Notes: generated from the letters alone by a model not told the origin. 64,000 nt of DNA from an uncultured Gemmatimonadales bacterium (GCA_963783385.1 CAWANJ010000009.1:704001-768000); one strand, 5' to 3'; shown: positions 1 to 10,064, numbered from the stretch's first letter. Translations and numbers: made by a program.

Positions 1-2119
1 CCTCGAGCCTGAACTCGAGCGCCCACACGGCCTCCGCCCATGGCGGCGCGTCGACGGCCTCCCGCCGCACGCGGCCGGCCCATCCGATCCGCCCCACCGG
101 GCCCACCAGCTCGAACCGCTCCGCACCGAGCCATCGCGCCGCCCCGAAGCGCCCCAGCGCCGGCGCGTCCTCCCCGGCAGTGGGCGGAAGCGGCTGCAGC
201 GTCGCGCCGCACAGCCCGGACGCCACCTCCTCGGCCACCCCCTTGAGGTCCCACATGTCCACCGCGGCAGGCTCGTCGGACCAGTGCGGCGGCCGGCGCC
301 GACCCGTGAGCAGCGCCGCGACGCGAAGCTCCTCCGCCACGGGCACCTCGCCCGACTCGTCCTCGGCACGCCGGCGGAACACCGTGCCGATCTCGTAGAG
401 CCGCACATCGCCGGTCCCGCGCGCCCAGTTGTGCTCGAGGCGGCGCAGGAGGACCGGCACCAGCGCTCCGCGCAGGAACCCTTCCTCCGCGGAGATCGGA
501 TGGAGGAGCTCGACGGGCCGCTCCGCGTCGGCCTCGGACCGGGCCACCAGGCTCGAGCTCCTCGCCTCCAGCAGGCCGCGCGCCTCCAGCAGCCTCCGGA
601 CCCGGTCGCTCCGCTCGAAGGACGGATCGTCGGGCACCACCGAGGGCCGGGTGGGGCGGGTGGCCGAGGGGAATCGCTCGTAGCCGTGCCGGCGCGCCAC
701 CTCTTCGATGAGGTCCACCTCCCGCCGGATGTCCCCTTCCCGCCAGCCCGGGATCCGGAAGGCCAGGCCCCCGGTCTCGTCGCGCTCGAAGCCGATCGGC
801 GCCAGCAGGCCCTCGATCGTCCCGGCGTCGAGGGCCAGGCCGAGGACACGCTGGACGCGCTCCGGACGCAGCGGCACCACGGTCCTCGGCCCCGGCAGCT
901 CCCCGACGCGGACGGCCCCAGCCTCCGCGTTCCCTCCCGCCGTGGCCAGGATGAGCCGCACGCAGCGCGCGAGCGCCGCCTCGCCGCCCCGGCGGTCCAC
1001 GCCGCGCTCGAATCGGTAGGAGGCATCGGTGCTCAGCTCCAGCGAGCGCGCGGTGTGACGTGTGTGGGAAGGGTCGAACCACGCGCACTCCAAAAACACG
1101 TCGGTCGTCCCGGCCGTCACCTCGCTCTCCTCCCCACCCATCACTCCGGCCACCGCCACGGGCCCCTCTCGGTCCGCGATCACCGTGGCCAGCGGCTCGA
1201 GCGCGCGCTCCACGCCATCCAGCGTGCGGAGCCGCTCCCCGGACCGGGCCGCGCGCACGCCGATGCGCCCGCCCCGGATCCGGGCCAGGTCGAAGGCGTG
1301 CAACGGCTGGTTCAGCTCCCGCAGCACGTAGTTGGTGGCGTCGACCACGTTGTTGATGGGACGGGCCCCGACGGCGCGGAGCCTGGCCTGCAGCCAGGCG
1401 GGCGACGGCTTCACCTCCACGCCGCGGACCACGGCCCCGAGGTACCGACCGCAGCGTGCCGCGTCCTCGATCTCCACCGTCACGCCCCCGGCGCTCGCCG
1501 TCTCGGGGCCGTCGCGCCACGTCGGCTCCCAGTCGGCGCCCTCCACCGGCGGGACCCGGAGCGCCAGGCCCTGCTCGGCCGCGAGCTCCCGGGCCACGCC
1601 CACGTGGCACGCCAGGTCCACCCGGTTGGGGGTGATCTCCAGCTCGAGCGCCGCGTCCGGAAGGTCGAAGGCCTGCACCAGCGGGGTGCCCGGCTCGAGT
1701 CCGTCCGGAAGCCGGAGGATCCCGGACGCATCGGATCCCAGGGCAAGCTCGCGCTCCGAGCACAGCATTCCGTGGCTGGTGACCCCCCGGATGGCCCGCT
1801 CCTCGATGCGCAGCCCCCCCGGAAGCGTGGAGCCCGGCGCGATGAAGGGATACAGCCCCCCCTCGTGGATCACGGGGGCTCCACACACCACCTCCACCGG
1901 CGTCTCGCCGGCGTCCACCAGGCAGAGGCTGAGCCGGTCCGCGTCGGGATGCTCGCGGAGCTCCAGCACCCGCGCCACCCGGATGTCCTCGAGGCCTCGT
2001 CCCACCGGCACGATCTCCTCGACGCCGGTGACGGCCATGGCCAGCCGGTCGGCGACCTCCTCGGCCGTGCCCTGGAGCCCCGGCACGAGCTGCCGCAGCC
2101 AGTTCAGCGAGACGCGCAC
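1..2119 (-). CDS. pheT: Phenylalanine--tRNA ligase beta subunit (runs off the left edge)
   Basis: Not in the ORF track. Manual translation from GTG at 2119 gives MRVSLNWLRQLVPG..., with HPDADRL, VVCGAP, SHGMLCSEREL and EITPNRVD motifs. Directly downstream of pheS. Confidence 0.95.
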   Translation of the reverse strand, partial: MRVSLNWLRQLVPGLQGTAEEVADRLAMAVTGVEEIVPVGRGLEDIRVARVLELREHPDADRLSLCLVDAGETPVEVVCGAPVIHEGGLYPFIAPGSTLPGGLRIEERAIRGVTSHGMLCSERELALGSDASGILRLPDGLEPGTPLVQAFDLPDAALELEITPNRVDLACHVGVARELAAEQGLALRVPPVEGADWEPTWRDGPETASAGGVTVEIEDAARCGRYLGAVVRGVEVKPSPAWLQARLRAVGARPINNVVDATNYVLRELNQPLHAFDLARIRGGRIGVRAARSGERLRTLDGVERALEPLATVIADREGPVAVAGVMGGEESEVTAGTTDVFLECAWFDPSHTRHTARSLELSTDASYRFERGVDRRGGEAALARCVRLILATAGGNAEAGAVRVGELPGPRTVVPLRPERVQRVLGLALDAGTIEGLLAPIGFERDETGGLAFRIPGWREGDIRREVDLIEEVARRHGYERFPSATRPTRPSVVPDDPSFERSDRVRRLLEARGLLEARSSSLVARSEADAERPVELLHPISAEEGFLRGALVPVLLRRLEHNWARGTGDVRLYEIGTVFRRRAEDESGEVPVAEELRVAALLTGRRRPPHWSDEPAAVDMWDLKGVAEEVASGLCGATLQPLPPTAGEDAPALGRFGAARWLGAERFELVGPVGRIGWAGRVRREAVDAPPWAEAVWALEFRLE

Positions 2120-2135
2120 GCTCGGCCCCGGCCGC

Positions 2136-3179
2136 TCAGGTGGAGGCGAACTGGCGCAGGAAGCGCACGTCGCCCTCGTGCAGGAGACGGAGGTCCGGGA
2201 TCCCGTGCCGCAGGAGCGCCATCCGACCCGGGCCCATGCCGAAGGCGTAGCCGGTGTAGCGCTCCGGGTCGTAGCCCACGGCCTCGAACACCGCCGGGTC
2301 GACCATGCCCGAGCCCATGATCTCGATCCAGCCCGTCCCCTTGCACGTCGCGCAGCCCGAGCCCCCGCAGATCGTGCAGCTCACCTCCACCTGGGCCGAG
2401 GGCTCCGTGAACGGGAAGAAGTCGGGGCGGAAGCGCGTGCGGGCGTCCGGTCCGAAGAAGCGCCGGACGAAGTGCTCGATCGTGGAGCGGAACTCGACGA
2501 AGTCGACGCCCTCGTCCACCGCGAGGCCCTCGATCTGGTCGAAGACCGCGGCGTGGGAGGCGTCGATGGACTCGCGCCGGTAGCACACGCCCGGCACCAC
2601 CACCCGCACCGGAGGTTCGTGGGTCTGCATGGTCCTCGCCTGGACGGGCGAGGTGTGGGTGCGCAGGACGACGCCGTCCTCGAGATAGAAGGTGTCGTGC
2701 ACGTCGGCCGCGGGGTGGTCGAGCGGGATGTTGAGGGCGGTGAAGTTGTACCACTCGGTCTCCACCTCGGGACCCCGCACCCGCGTGAATCCGAGCTCAC
2801 GGAAGATGTCGCAGATCTCGTCGATGACGGCCGTGACCGGATGGGAGCCCCCCTGCCAGGCGGTCCGGCCGGGCAGGCTCAGGTCGCGCTCGGCCGCCGC
2901 TCGGGCGCTCTCCCTAAGCCGCAGCTCCGCGGCGCGCGCCTCGTGCGCCTCCTCGAGGACGCGCTTGACCGCGTTGCCCTTCTGTCCGACCGGGCGGCGT
3001 TGATCGGCCGGCAGCGATCCGATCTGTCCCAGCACCGCGGCGACACCGCCGCTACGCCCCAGGAAGCGGACGCGCGCCGCCTCCAGCTCGTCGGGGTGGG
3101 CGGCGTCCCGGAGGGCGGCCAACCCCTCCTCCTCGATGGCCGCGAGCCGCTCGAGGAGGGGGCTCCCCCCCTCGCTCAA
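2136..3179 (-). CDS. pheS: Phenylalanine--tRNA ligase alpha subunit
   Basis: [28 protein letters not shown] and GYAFGMG motifs. Confidence 0.98.
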   Translation of the reverse strand: MSEGGSPLLERLAAIEEEGLAALRDAAHPDELEAARVRFLGRSGGVAAVLGQIGSLPADQRRPVGQKGNAVKRVLEEAHEARAAELRLRESARAAAERDLSLPGRTAWQGGSHPVTAVIDEICDIFRELGFTRVRGPEVETEWYNFTALNIPLDHPAADVHDTFYLEDGVVLRTHTSPVQARTMQTHEPPVRVVVPGVCYRRESIDASHAAVFDQIEGLAVDEGVDFVEFRSTIEHFVRRFFGPDARTRFRPDFFPFTEPSAQVEVSCTICGGSGCATCKGTGWIEIMGSGMVDPAVFEAVGYDPERYTGYAFGMGPGRMALLRHGIPDLRLLHEGDVRFLRQFAST

Positions 3180-3532
3180 CCGATGTGCTCGGCGGCGATG
3201 CGGGCCAGCTCGGCGAAGGCCTCGGGCTCGCGCACGGCCAGGTCCGCCAGAACCTTGCGATTCAGCTTGATATCAGCGGTCTTCAGTCCATTGATGAAGC
3301 GGGAATAGGACAGACCGTTCTGCCGCGCGGCGGCGTTGATCCGGATGATCCACAGGCGTCGGAAGTCCCGCTTCCTCCGCCGGCGATCGCGGTAGGCGTA
3401 CTGCCAGCCACGCTCGACGGCGTTCTTGGCAGGACGGTATAGCTTGGAGCGGCCGCCGAAGTAGCCCTTGGCCTCCTCGAGGACCTTCTTTCGGCGCTTG
3501 TTGCGCGCCACGTTGGTCTTCACGCGCGGCAT
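3176..3532 (-). CDS. rplT: 50S ribosomal protein L20
   Basis: MPRVK...AKGYFGGRS...YAYRDRR...[14 protein letters not shown]; 118 aa. Confidence 0.99.
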   Translation of the reverse strand: MPRVKTNVARNKRRKKVLEEAKGYFGGRSKLYRPAKNAVERGWQYAYRDRRRRKRDFRRLWIIRINAAARQNGLSYSRFINGLKTADIKLNRKVLADLAVREPEAFAELARIAAEHIG

Positions 3533-3533
3533 G

Positions 3534-3731
3534 TCAGCCCCCCGCCAGCAGGCGGCGCACGCGCTTCTCGTCGGCCTTGGACACCAGGGTCGAGTGGCGC
3601 AGACGGCGCTTCCGCTTGGTCGTCTTCTTGGTCAGGATGTGGCTCTTGTACGCCCGGTTCCGCCGGTACTTGCCGCTTCCGGTCTTCTTGAAGCGCTTCG
3701 CGGCCGAACGGTTGGTCTTCATCTTCGGCAT
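3534..3731 (-). CDS. rpmI: 50S ribosomal protein L35
   Basis: [21 protein letters not shown]...HILTKK; 65 aa. Confidence 0.99.
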   Translation of the reverse strand: MPKMKTNRSAAKRFKKTGSGKYRRNRAYKSHILTKKTTKRKRRLRHSTLVSKADEKRVRRLLAGG

Positions 3732-3771
3732 GATCGCGTCCTCTGTGGTCCGATCTCTCGTCCGCGCCGCA

Positions 3772-4283
3772 TCAACGGCGCGGGGCCAGCACGAGGCTCA
3801 TGTTCCGGCCCTCGTGGCTCACGCCCGAATCCACCACGGCCAGCTCCTCGAGCTCCGTCCGGATCCGGTCCAGGAGCCGATGCCCGAACTCCGGGCGCGT
3901 CACTTCTCGGCCCCGCAACATGACCGTGAACTTGACCCGGTCGCCCGCGGCCAGGAACTCGCGGGTCCGGCGCAGCTTCACGCTCAGGTCGTGCTCGTCG
4001 ATGGCCGGGCGGAGCTTCACCTCCTTGACGTGCACGACGCGCTGCTTGCGGCGCGACCCCTGCTCTTCCGCGCCAGCGCGTACTTGTACTTCCCGTAGTC
4101 CATGATCCGGCACACCGGGGGCCGGGCGTCCGGCGCCACCTCGACCAGGTCCAGGCCACGCTCTTCGGCCATGGACCGGGCCTCCTCGGTGGGCAGCACA
4201 CCGACCTGGGCGCCCGTCTCGTCGACCAGCCGCACGGAGCTGATCCGGATCGCGTCGTTGACGCGGAGCTCGCCCTGGCTCAA
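3772..4283 (-). CDS. infC: Translation initiation factor IF-3, split by one frameshift near 4058 (probable sequencing error)
   Basis: N-domain (RVNDAIR...[26 protein letters not shown]) is in ORF 4017..4388; C-domain ([14 protein letters not shown]...[14 protein letters not shown]) is in ORF 3772..4443. One extra G in the G4 run joins them. Probable TTG start at 4283 after GAGG. Confidence 0.93.
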
Positions 4284-4345
4284 CTGGACCTCGCGGCCGC
4301 CAACCGTTCGCCGCCGGGGCCCGGCGGCCACGCTGCGCCCGACGG

Positions 4346-4499
4346 CACGAAAAAACCCGGTTCGGCAGAGCCGACCGGGTGCAGTCACGGCGAGGCGACC
4401 GCGCCCCGCGCGCTCGCCTCGTCCCCTGCGACCCGGTGGCCACGCCCGCCCGCGGGCGCGCCGAAAGGTGGGAGCCTCCGCTCCACTTGCCTCGTTGTG
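4346..4499 (-). ncRNA. Putative ribosomal protein L20 leader (autogenous attenuator)
   Basis: 5' motif CAAGTGGAGCGGAGGCTCCCACC resembles L20-leader openings as recalled. Lies between a promoter and a terminator, upstream of infC-rpmI-rplT. Confidence 0.65.
4350..4380 (-). terminator. Intrinsic terminator/attenuator in the infC leader
   Basis: Minus strand ACCCGGTCGGC-TCT-GCCGAACCGGGT followed by a T run, about 70 nt upstream of the infC start. Confidence 0.8.
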
Positions 4500-4505
4500 C
4501 AGGAG

Positions 4506-4534
4506 AAGCTAGGCAATGCGGCCCCGGTCGTCAA
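4506..4534 (-). promoter_or_regulatory. sigma70-type promoter for infC-rpmI-rplT-pheST
   Basis: TTGACG-N17-TAGCTT on the minus strand. Confidence 0.65.
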
Positions 4535-4738
4535 TCGCGGACTCGGCCGGCGGGACCCCACTTCTCGCGCTCCGGCACGACGTTCGCGGGGCAGGTCGGG
4601 CCCGCGTGGCGCGTGGCGGAGGCAGGCCTCGCCGCCGGCGACTCGGACCTCGACTCGACGCACGATGCCCCGTGCCCTACACTGGGCAGCCGCGCGGCGC
4701 ACACAGGACCACACCACGGGAAGGGAGCGAGGGGAACC

Positions 4739-5440
4739 GTGAAGGGATCCAGGATACCCACGATCGTCGCCACCGTCGTCGTATGTCTCGTCGTGGCAGC
4801 GGGAGCCATCTGGCTGTTCATGATCTCCGGGACGTTCAACGTGGCGGCCTCCTCGCCCACGTCGGGCCTGGAGCGCTGGGTGCTCAACACGGTCCGCAGC
4901 CACTCCATCGAGCGGCGGGCGAAGAACCTGACCGTCCCCGACCTCGACGACACTACCCGCATCCGCCAGGGCTTCATCCACTACCGCGAAGCGTGCGTGG
5001 ACTGCCACGGCGTGCCAGGCAAGGGCCGGGAGGAGTTCGCCTCGGACATGAACCCCCGGCCTCCGCGCTTCTTCCGCACTCCCGAGGACCTGGCCCGCAT
5101 GCGGGCCCGCCGGCAGCAGCTGGAGGCCGGGGGAGGAGAAGCCGGAGAGGGCCGACGCCCCGGCGGGGGCGCGGACCGTGAGGCGCGCGAGACCCGGGAG
5201 AACCAGCACAATTTCTGGAAGATCAAGAACGGCATCGAGATGACCGGGATGCCCGCCTTCGGCGGCTCCCACTCCGACGAAGAGATCTGGGACATGGTAG
5301 CTTTCGTGAACCGGCTGCGCCGGGGCATGACCGCCGCCCAGTACGACTCCCTGGTGGCCACGACCCCCGCCGAGAGCGCCGAGGAGCACGAGCACGAGCA
5401 TCCCAGGGACGGAGCGAACGGGGAGCCCTCGGGCGGCTGA
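4739..5440 (+). CDS. Membrane-anchored monoheme cytochrome c
   Basis: GTG start after a purine-rich SD, N-terminal TM helix, CVDCH heme motif, IKNGIEMTGMPAFG (Met ligand) and a His/Glu-rich tail. Confidence 0.88.
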   Translation: MKGSRIPTIVATVVVCLVVAAGAIWLFMISGTFNVAASSPTSGLERWVLNTVRSHSIERRAKNLTVPDLDDTTRIRQGFIHYREACVDCHGVPGKGREEFASDMNPRPPRFFRTPEDLARMRARRQQLEAGGGEAGEGRRPGGGADREARETRENQHNFWKIKNGIEMTGMPAFGGSHSDEEIWDMVAFVNRLRRGMTAAQYDSLVATTPAESAEEHEHEHPRDGANGEPSGG

Positions 5441-5453
5441 GCCGCCCCGGATC

Positions 5454-5485
5454 GCGGGCCTCCCGGGCTCTTCCCGGGAGCCCGC
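5454..5485. terminator. Hairpin between convergent cytochrome c and thrS
   Basis: CTCCCGGG-CTCTT-CCCGGGAG with a GC-rich extension; no U tract. Confidence 0.4.
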
Positions 5486-7429
5486 TCAGGCCGGGGCCAG
5501 CGCCCGGCTCTCGACCTCCCGCGCGACGCGCTCCACGAAGTCCTCCACCGACATGACCTGCTGCTTCTTCTCGGCCCCGCGGGCCCGGACCGCGACGGTG
5601 CCGGCCTCCACCTCGCGGGCTCCCACCACCAGCAGGTAGGGGATCTTCTGCAGCTCGCCGTCCCGCACGCGGTAGCTGAGCGTGTCGGAGCGAGCGTCGA
5701 TCTCGGCCCGGATCCCGGCCGCCTTGAGCGCCCGCACGACCTCGCCGGCCGCCTCCTCCTGATCCTCGGTGATCGGGATCACCCGCGCCTGGACGGGTGC
5801 CAGCCACGTCGGAAACGCCCCGCCGAAGTGCTCGATGAGCACGCCCGTGAACCGCTCCAGGGTCCCGAAGATGGCGCGGTGGATCATGACCGGCCGGTGC
5901 GGCGCGTTGTCCGGGCCGATGAACTCCAGCTCGAAGCGCTCGGGCAGGTTGAAGTCCAGCTGGATCGTGGCGCCCTGCCACTCGCGGCCGATGGCGTCGC
6001 GAAACTTGATGTCGATCTTGGGCCCGTAGAAGGCTCCGCCCCCCTCGTCGAGGCCGTAGTCGGCGCCCGCCCGCTCCAGCGCCTGCCGGAGGGCGGCTTC
6101 CGCCCGGTCCCAGACCTCGTCGGCGCCGATCCGGTTCTCGGGCCGGGTGGAGAGGTCGAAGCGGTACTCGAGACCCAGCGTGCCCATCACCGTGTCGACC
6201 AGGTCCAGGCAGGTGAAGATCTCGTCCTCCACCTGATCGGGCGTGCAGAACAGGTGCCCATCGTCCATGGTCAGCATGCGGACGCGCAGGAGCCCGTGCA
6301 GGGTGCCCGAGCGCTCGTACCGGTACACGTTGGCGATCTCCGACAGGCGGAGCGGCAGGTCCCGGTAGCTCCGCTGCCGCGAGGCGTAGATCAGGATGTG
6401 CCCCGGGCAGTTCATGGGCTTGACGCGGTAGGCCTCGCCCTCGCCCTCCCCCTGCATACGCGGGAACATGTTCTCGGCGTAGGTCTGCAGGTGACCGGAG
6501 CGCGCGAACAGCTTCTCGCTGGTCACGTGCGGCGTGAACACGAAGTCGTAGTCCTGAGCCGCCAGGAGGTCCTCGATCCAGCGGCGCAGGTGGAGCTGCA
6601 CCGTAGCCCCCTTGGGATGCCAGAACACGAGCCCGGCCCCGGCGTCCTCCTCGATGCTGAACAGGTCGAGCTCCTGGCCCAGCTTGCGGTGGTCCCGCTT
6701 ACGGGCCTCCTCGAGCCGGTGCAGGTGCTCCTCGAGCGCGGCTTCCGTATAGAAGGCCGTGCCGTAGATGCGCTGCAGCATGGGCCGGTGCTCGTCGCCT
6801 CTCCAGTAGGCACCGGCGGCCGACAGGAGCCGGAAGTGCCGCACCTCGCCCGTACGCGGCACGTGAGGTCCCCGGCACAGGTCCACAAACTCGCCGTCCC
6901 GGTAGATCGAGATCGTCTCGTCCTCGGGGATCTCCGCGAGCCGCTCGAGCTTGTAGGGATCCCCCTCGAACAGCGCGCGCGCCTCCTCGCGGCCGACCTC
7001 CTGCCGCTCCATGGCGAGGTCGGCCTCGACCACCTCCCGCATGGCGGCCTCGATGCGCTCGAGGTCCTCCGGGGTGAACGGCTCCGGGACGTCGAAGTCG
7101 TAGTAGAACCCTTCCTCGATGGGCGGACCGAACCCGATCCCGGCGTCCGGGTGGAGCTCCCGCACCGCCGAGGCCAGCACGTGGGCCGCCGTGTGCCGCA
7201 GGACGTACAGCGCGTCCGCGCTGTTGTCGTCCCGGGTGACGATGGAGACGCGAGCTCCGTCGGGCAGATCCCGACCCAGGTCCCGGAGCTCGCCATCGGC
7301 CTTCGCCGCCACCGCGTCGCGGGCCAGGCCCGGCCCGATCGAGGCGGCCAGGTCCGCGGCCGTGGAACCGGCAGGAAGCTCCTTCGTGGAGCCGTCGGGG
7401 AGGGTGATCGTGATCGTCTGGTCGCTCAT
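5486..7429 (-). CDS. thrS: Threonine--tRNA ligase
   Basis: TGS domain, DLCRGPH, RDHRKLG, KPMNCPGH, GAFYGPKID and PVMIHRA motifs. Confidence 0.99.
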   Translation of the reverse strand: MSDQTITITLPDGSTKELPAGSTAADLAASIGPGLARDAVAAKADGELRDLGRDLPDGARVSIVTRDDNSADALYVLRHTAAHVLASAVRELHPDAGIGFGPPIEEGFYYDFDVPEPFTPEDLERIEAAMREVVEADLAMERQEVGREEARALFEGDPYKLERLAEIPEDETISIYRDGEFVDLCRGPHVPRTGEVRHFRLLSAAGAYWRGDEHRPMLQRIYGTAFYTEAALEEHLHRLEEARKRDHRKLGQELDLFSIEEDAGAGLVFWHPKGATVQLHLRRWIEDLLAAQDYDFVFTPHVTSEKLFARSGHLQTYAENMFPRMQGEGEGEAYRVKPMNCPGHILIYASRQRSYRDLPLRLSEIANVYRYERSGTLHGLLRVRMLTMDDGHLFCTPDQVEDEIFTCLDLVDTVMGTLGLEYRFDLSTRPENRIGADEVWDRAEAALRQALERAGADYGLDEGGGAFYGPKIDIKFRDAIGREWQGATIQLDFNLPERFELEFIGPDNAPHRPVMIHRAIFGTLERFTGVLIEHFGGAFPTWLAPVQARVIPITEDQEEAAGEVVRALKAAGIRAEIDARSDTLSYRVRDGELQKIPYLLVVGAREVEAGTVAVRARGAEKKQQVMSVEDFVERVAREVESRALAPA

Positions 7430-7540
7430 CGCATACCCGTCGATGATCCGTGATGTGAGTCGGCCCGGGCGTCGGCGACGCCCGGGCCGGAGAACCTAGG
7501 CCCGCCGACGGCCCGCCGAAAGCGGCGGGCCGTCCGCGGA

Positions 7541-8068
7541 TCAGGGCTTCTTCAGGATGCCGTAGCGAACCACGGCCCCCTGCGCGTTGGTCACCACCCA
7601 CACCTTGGCGCCGACCTGGTCTGCCAGCCCGCTCGAAACGGAGTTCAGGGGCACGTCCTGCCCGCCCTCGGTTCGCAGGAAGAAGTCCCCGGCGTCCGAG
7701 CGGCGCAGGTAGCCTACCGTGGGCGTGTCGCCGTCCACGGACAGGACGGTGTAGCCGGAGGCCCGCAGGTCAGGCCCCATGGCCTGGCCGCGGGAGGCGG
7801 AGTCGATGACGCCCACGACCCGGACGCGGGCACCGACCAGGCGGCTGATCTCGCTCTCGTACGGACCGACGATCCGCACCGTGCCGGACGAGTCCTCCAC
7901 GATCGTGCGCACGAACGGCGTGTTACCCACCTGGCGCACGCTGCCGCTCACCGTGTCGGCTGCCGTGCTGTCGGCCGAGCCGGACTCCACGCGCACGTGG
8001 CGCGCGCAGGCCAGCGGCCCCCCGGTCGCGAGGAGTAGCACGAGCGCCGTCCGAGCCGTCCTGTTCAT
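7541..8068 (-). CDS. Hypothetical lipoprotein
   Basis: Signal peptide ending in lipobox-like PLAC; GGAGG SD; co-oriented downstream of the 640-aa lipoprotein. Confidence 0.75.
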   Translation of the reverse strand: MNRTARTALVLLLATGGPLACARHVRVESGSADSTAADTVSGSVRQVGNTPFVRTIVEDSSGTVRIVGPYESEISRLVGARVRVVGVIDSASRGQAMGPDLRASGYTVLSVDGDTPTVGYLRRSDAGDFFLRTEGGQDVPLNSVSSGLADQVGAKVWVVTNAQGAVVRYGILKKP

Positions 8069-8141
8069 GCGCGCCTCCTGTCGCCGAGTGAGGGAGTGGC
8101 CACACGCCCCGAGCCGTCCGGCGCTCGGCCGCCCATCAGGT

Positions 8142-10064
8142 CTACTGGGTTCGCACCACCGTGACCTGGGCCGCCGCCGAGCCGGGCAAGGCCCCGCCCG
8201 TGGGGTCGGTGAGCCGCAGCTCGAAGATGGGGACCGAGCTGGCGGCGCTGAACTCGAAGTACTTCTCCGCGCTCCCCTTCACGTCGAACGAGACGGTGTC
8301 GGCCACGAACCCGCGGCTCGTCACCGCGAGCGGATAGGGCTGCTGGAACTCCGGGTTCTGTCCCGTGCCGCTGTTGTTGTGCAGACCCAGATACAGGTCC
8401 CGCAGGTCCCAGGTCGGCAGGTCCTGCTGGCTGGACGCGAGCGACACCCCGATGTCGTCCACGTCCGGCATGATCGAGAAGTCGGCCAGCAGCTCCGGCC
8501 AGGTCACCTGCTGGCCCGTCATGTCCGCGATCGCGCCGATGACGTCGTCGATGCCCGCCTGGTGCGCCGATCCGCCGCTGGCAAGCCGCTGGAAGAGGGC
8601 CTGCTCGTCGCTCCCCGGGATCGCGCCGCTGCCGGACGGCCCGAAGTGATCCCCGAGCCAGCGCAGGAACACCCAGGCGAAGCCCCGCATCTCCAGCGAG
8701 GGGATGCCGCCCGGGTCCTTGTCCGTGACCACGGTCTGCGTGCCCGACGGGTTCATGAAGTAGCGGGCCAGCCGGCCGAAGTCGTCCAGGAAGAAGGTAT
8801 TGAACACGTCCGTCTGGGTCTCGGTGGTCCCGATGGGCGCCGGGGCGCTGCCGGTCACGTCGCTGAAGGTGAGGTTGTTCCGCACGCCGTGCCCGCCGGC
8901 CGCCAGCCCCACGATCTCCTCGGCCACGTGGGACAGTCCCTCGTCCAGCCACACGTCGTTGAGGTCGTTGAAGGTGCCGTCGGACTTGATGATCCGGTCC
9001 TCGGCCCCCAGCAGATGCTGGAACTCGTGCGAGCTCACGCTGCGGGCGTTCTCCTTGGCCCGAGTGATCGACACCGCGTCGCTGAAGTCACCGTTGGGAT
9101 CCGGCGCCAGCAGGTACAGCATCTCGGCCTCGTTGCTGGTCGGGCAGGTGCCCGCCGTCTGCGACCCGGCCGTCGAGCTCGCGTCGCGTCGCGCGAGGTC
9201 CGTGGGGATGAAGAAGCCGCCGATGAAGGTCTGGGAGCCCTTGGAGGTGAGCGCGTTCACCTCCCTGGTGAACAGCACGATCACGTGCCCATTGTTGTCG
9301 ATGTCACCCGGCCCGCCGAAGTAGGCGCTGTCGATGGCGAAGATGTAGTTGTCGAACTCGTCGGCGAGCTGCTGGTAGTCGGTGACCGAGAAGTCGGCGG
9401 TGTTGCCCGTGTCGGCCACGAAGACGGCCCGCTGGCCGACCTTTTCGACCACCGCCGTGATCCGGCTGTCCTTCGTGGTGTCACAGGTGATGCTGAGGTC
9501 GGTCTTCTGCACCGGGTAGTTGAAGTGCAGCGTGTCCCCCAACGCGGGGGCTGTGGCGGCGCGGAGAGCGAAGGCCGGTCCCCTGCCCCCGGCGCCGGGT
9601 CGCGCCGGCTGCAGTGGATGGCTGCGCAGGTAGGCCCGGATGTTGAGCCGCAGCCTGAGCTCCATCACATCGCGCTGCGCCCAGCGTTGGGCGAGATCGG
9701 ACGAAAGGCGTGGCGTCGCCGCGTACCGCGGACGAACGTCCGCCGAGCCCGAGCCCGAGGCCGAGGTGACCAGCTTCATGGAGGTGGAGGCCGTGGTCTG
9801 GGACGCGCTCTGCACGGCGAGCCGGTACTCCCGGGCCCCGCTGGCCGCCGGGAACTGCAGCTTGAGGATTTTGCCGTCCGCCGTCACCGTCTGACCCTGT
9901 CCGAGGGCCAGATCGAGGTTGACGGCGGTGCTGTCGCCCGCCGGTGGGGGAGCCGTCGTGCCGCCGCCGCAGCCGACCAGGAGGGCCGCGAAGCCCACGA
10001 AGATCGCCGCACGCGCGGGAGCCCGCCCAGGGCTCCCCGTGCCCATCGTCCGCTTGCTTGCCAT
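8142..10064 (-). CDS. Lipoprotein with a HExxH zinc metallopeptidase domain (M30/hyicolysin-like)
   Basis: Lipobox LVGC; DIDNNGHVIVLF, SNEAEMLY, HEFQH and WLDEGLSHVAEE (gluzincin-type third ligand). Confidence 0.8.
   Translation of the reverse strand: MASKRTMGTGSPGRAPARAAIFVGFAALLVGCGGGTTAPPPAGDSTAVNLDLALGQGQTVTADGKILKLQFPAASGAREYRLAVQSASQTTASTSMKLVTSASGSGSADVRPRYAATPRLSSDLAQRWAQRDVMELRLRLNIRAYLRSHPLQPARPGAGGRGPAFALRAATAPALGDTLHFNYPVQKTDLSITCDTTKDSRITAVVEKVGQRAVFVADTGNTADFSVTDYQQLADEFDNYIFAIDSAYFGGPGDIDNNGHVIVLFTREVNALTSKGSQTFIGGFFIPTDLARRDASSTAGSQTAGTCPTSNEAEMLYLLAPDPNGDFSDAVSITRAKENARSVSSHEFQHLLGAEDRIIKSDGTFNDLNDVWLDEGLSHVAEEIVGLAAGGHGVRNNLTFSDVTGSAPAPIGTTETQTDVFNTFFLDDFGRLARYFMNPSGTQTVVTDKDPGGIPSLEMRGFAWVFLRWLGDHFGPSGSGAIPGSDEQALFQRLASGGSAHQAGIDDVIGAIADMTGQQVTWPELLADFSIMPDVDDIGVSLASSQQDLPTWDLRDLYLGLHNNSGTGQNPEFQQPYPLAVTSRGFVADTVSFDVKGSAEKYFEFSAASSVPIFELRLTDPTGGALPGSAAAQVTVVRTQ

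Noticed and set aside
284-3308. Long plus-strand ORFs (678 and 658 aa) and similar long ORFs opposite groL, secD, mutL, cydA and others
   Set aside because: Antisense or off-frame shadows of real genes in GC-rich DNA; Arg/Pro/Gly-rich with no motifs.
3772-4283. Programmed frameshifting in infC (and likewise secD at ~25796)
   Set aside because: Both shifts are one base short in a G run of a conserved gene, which is typical of long-read homopolymer error.
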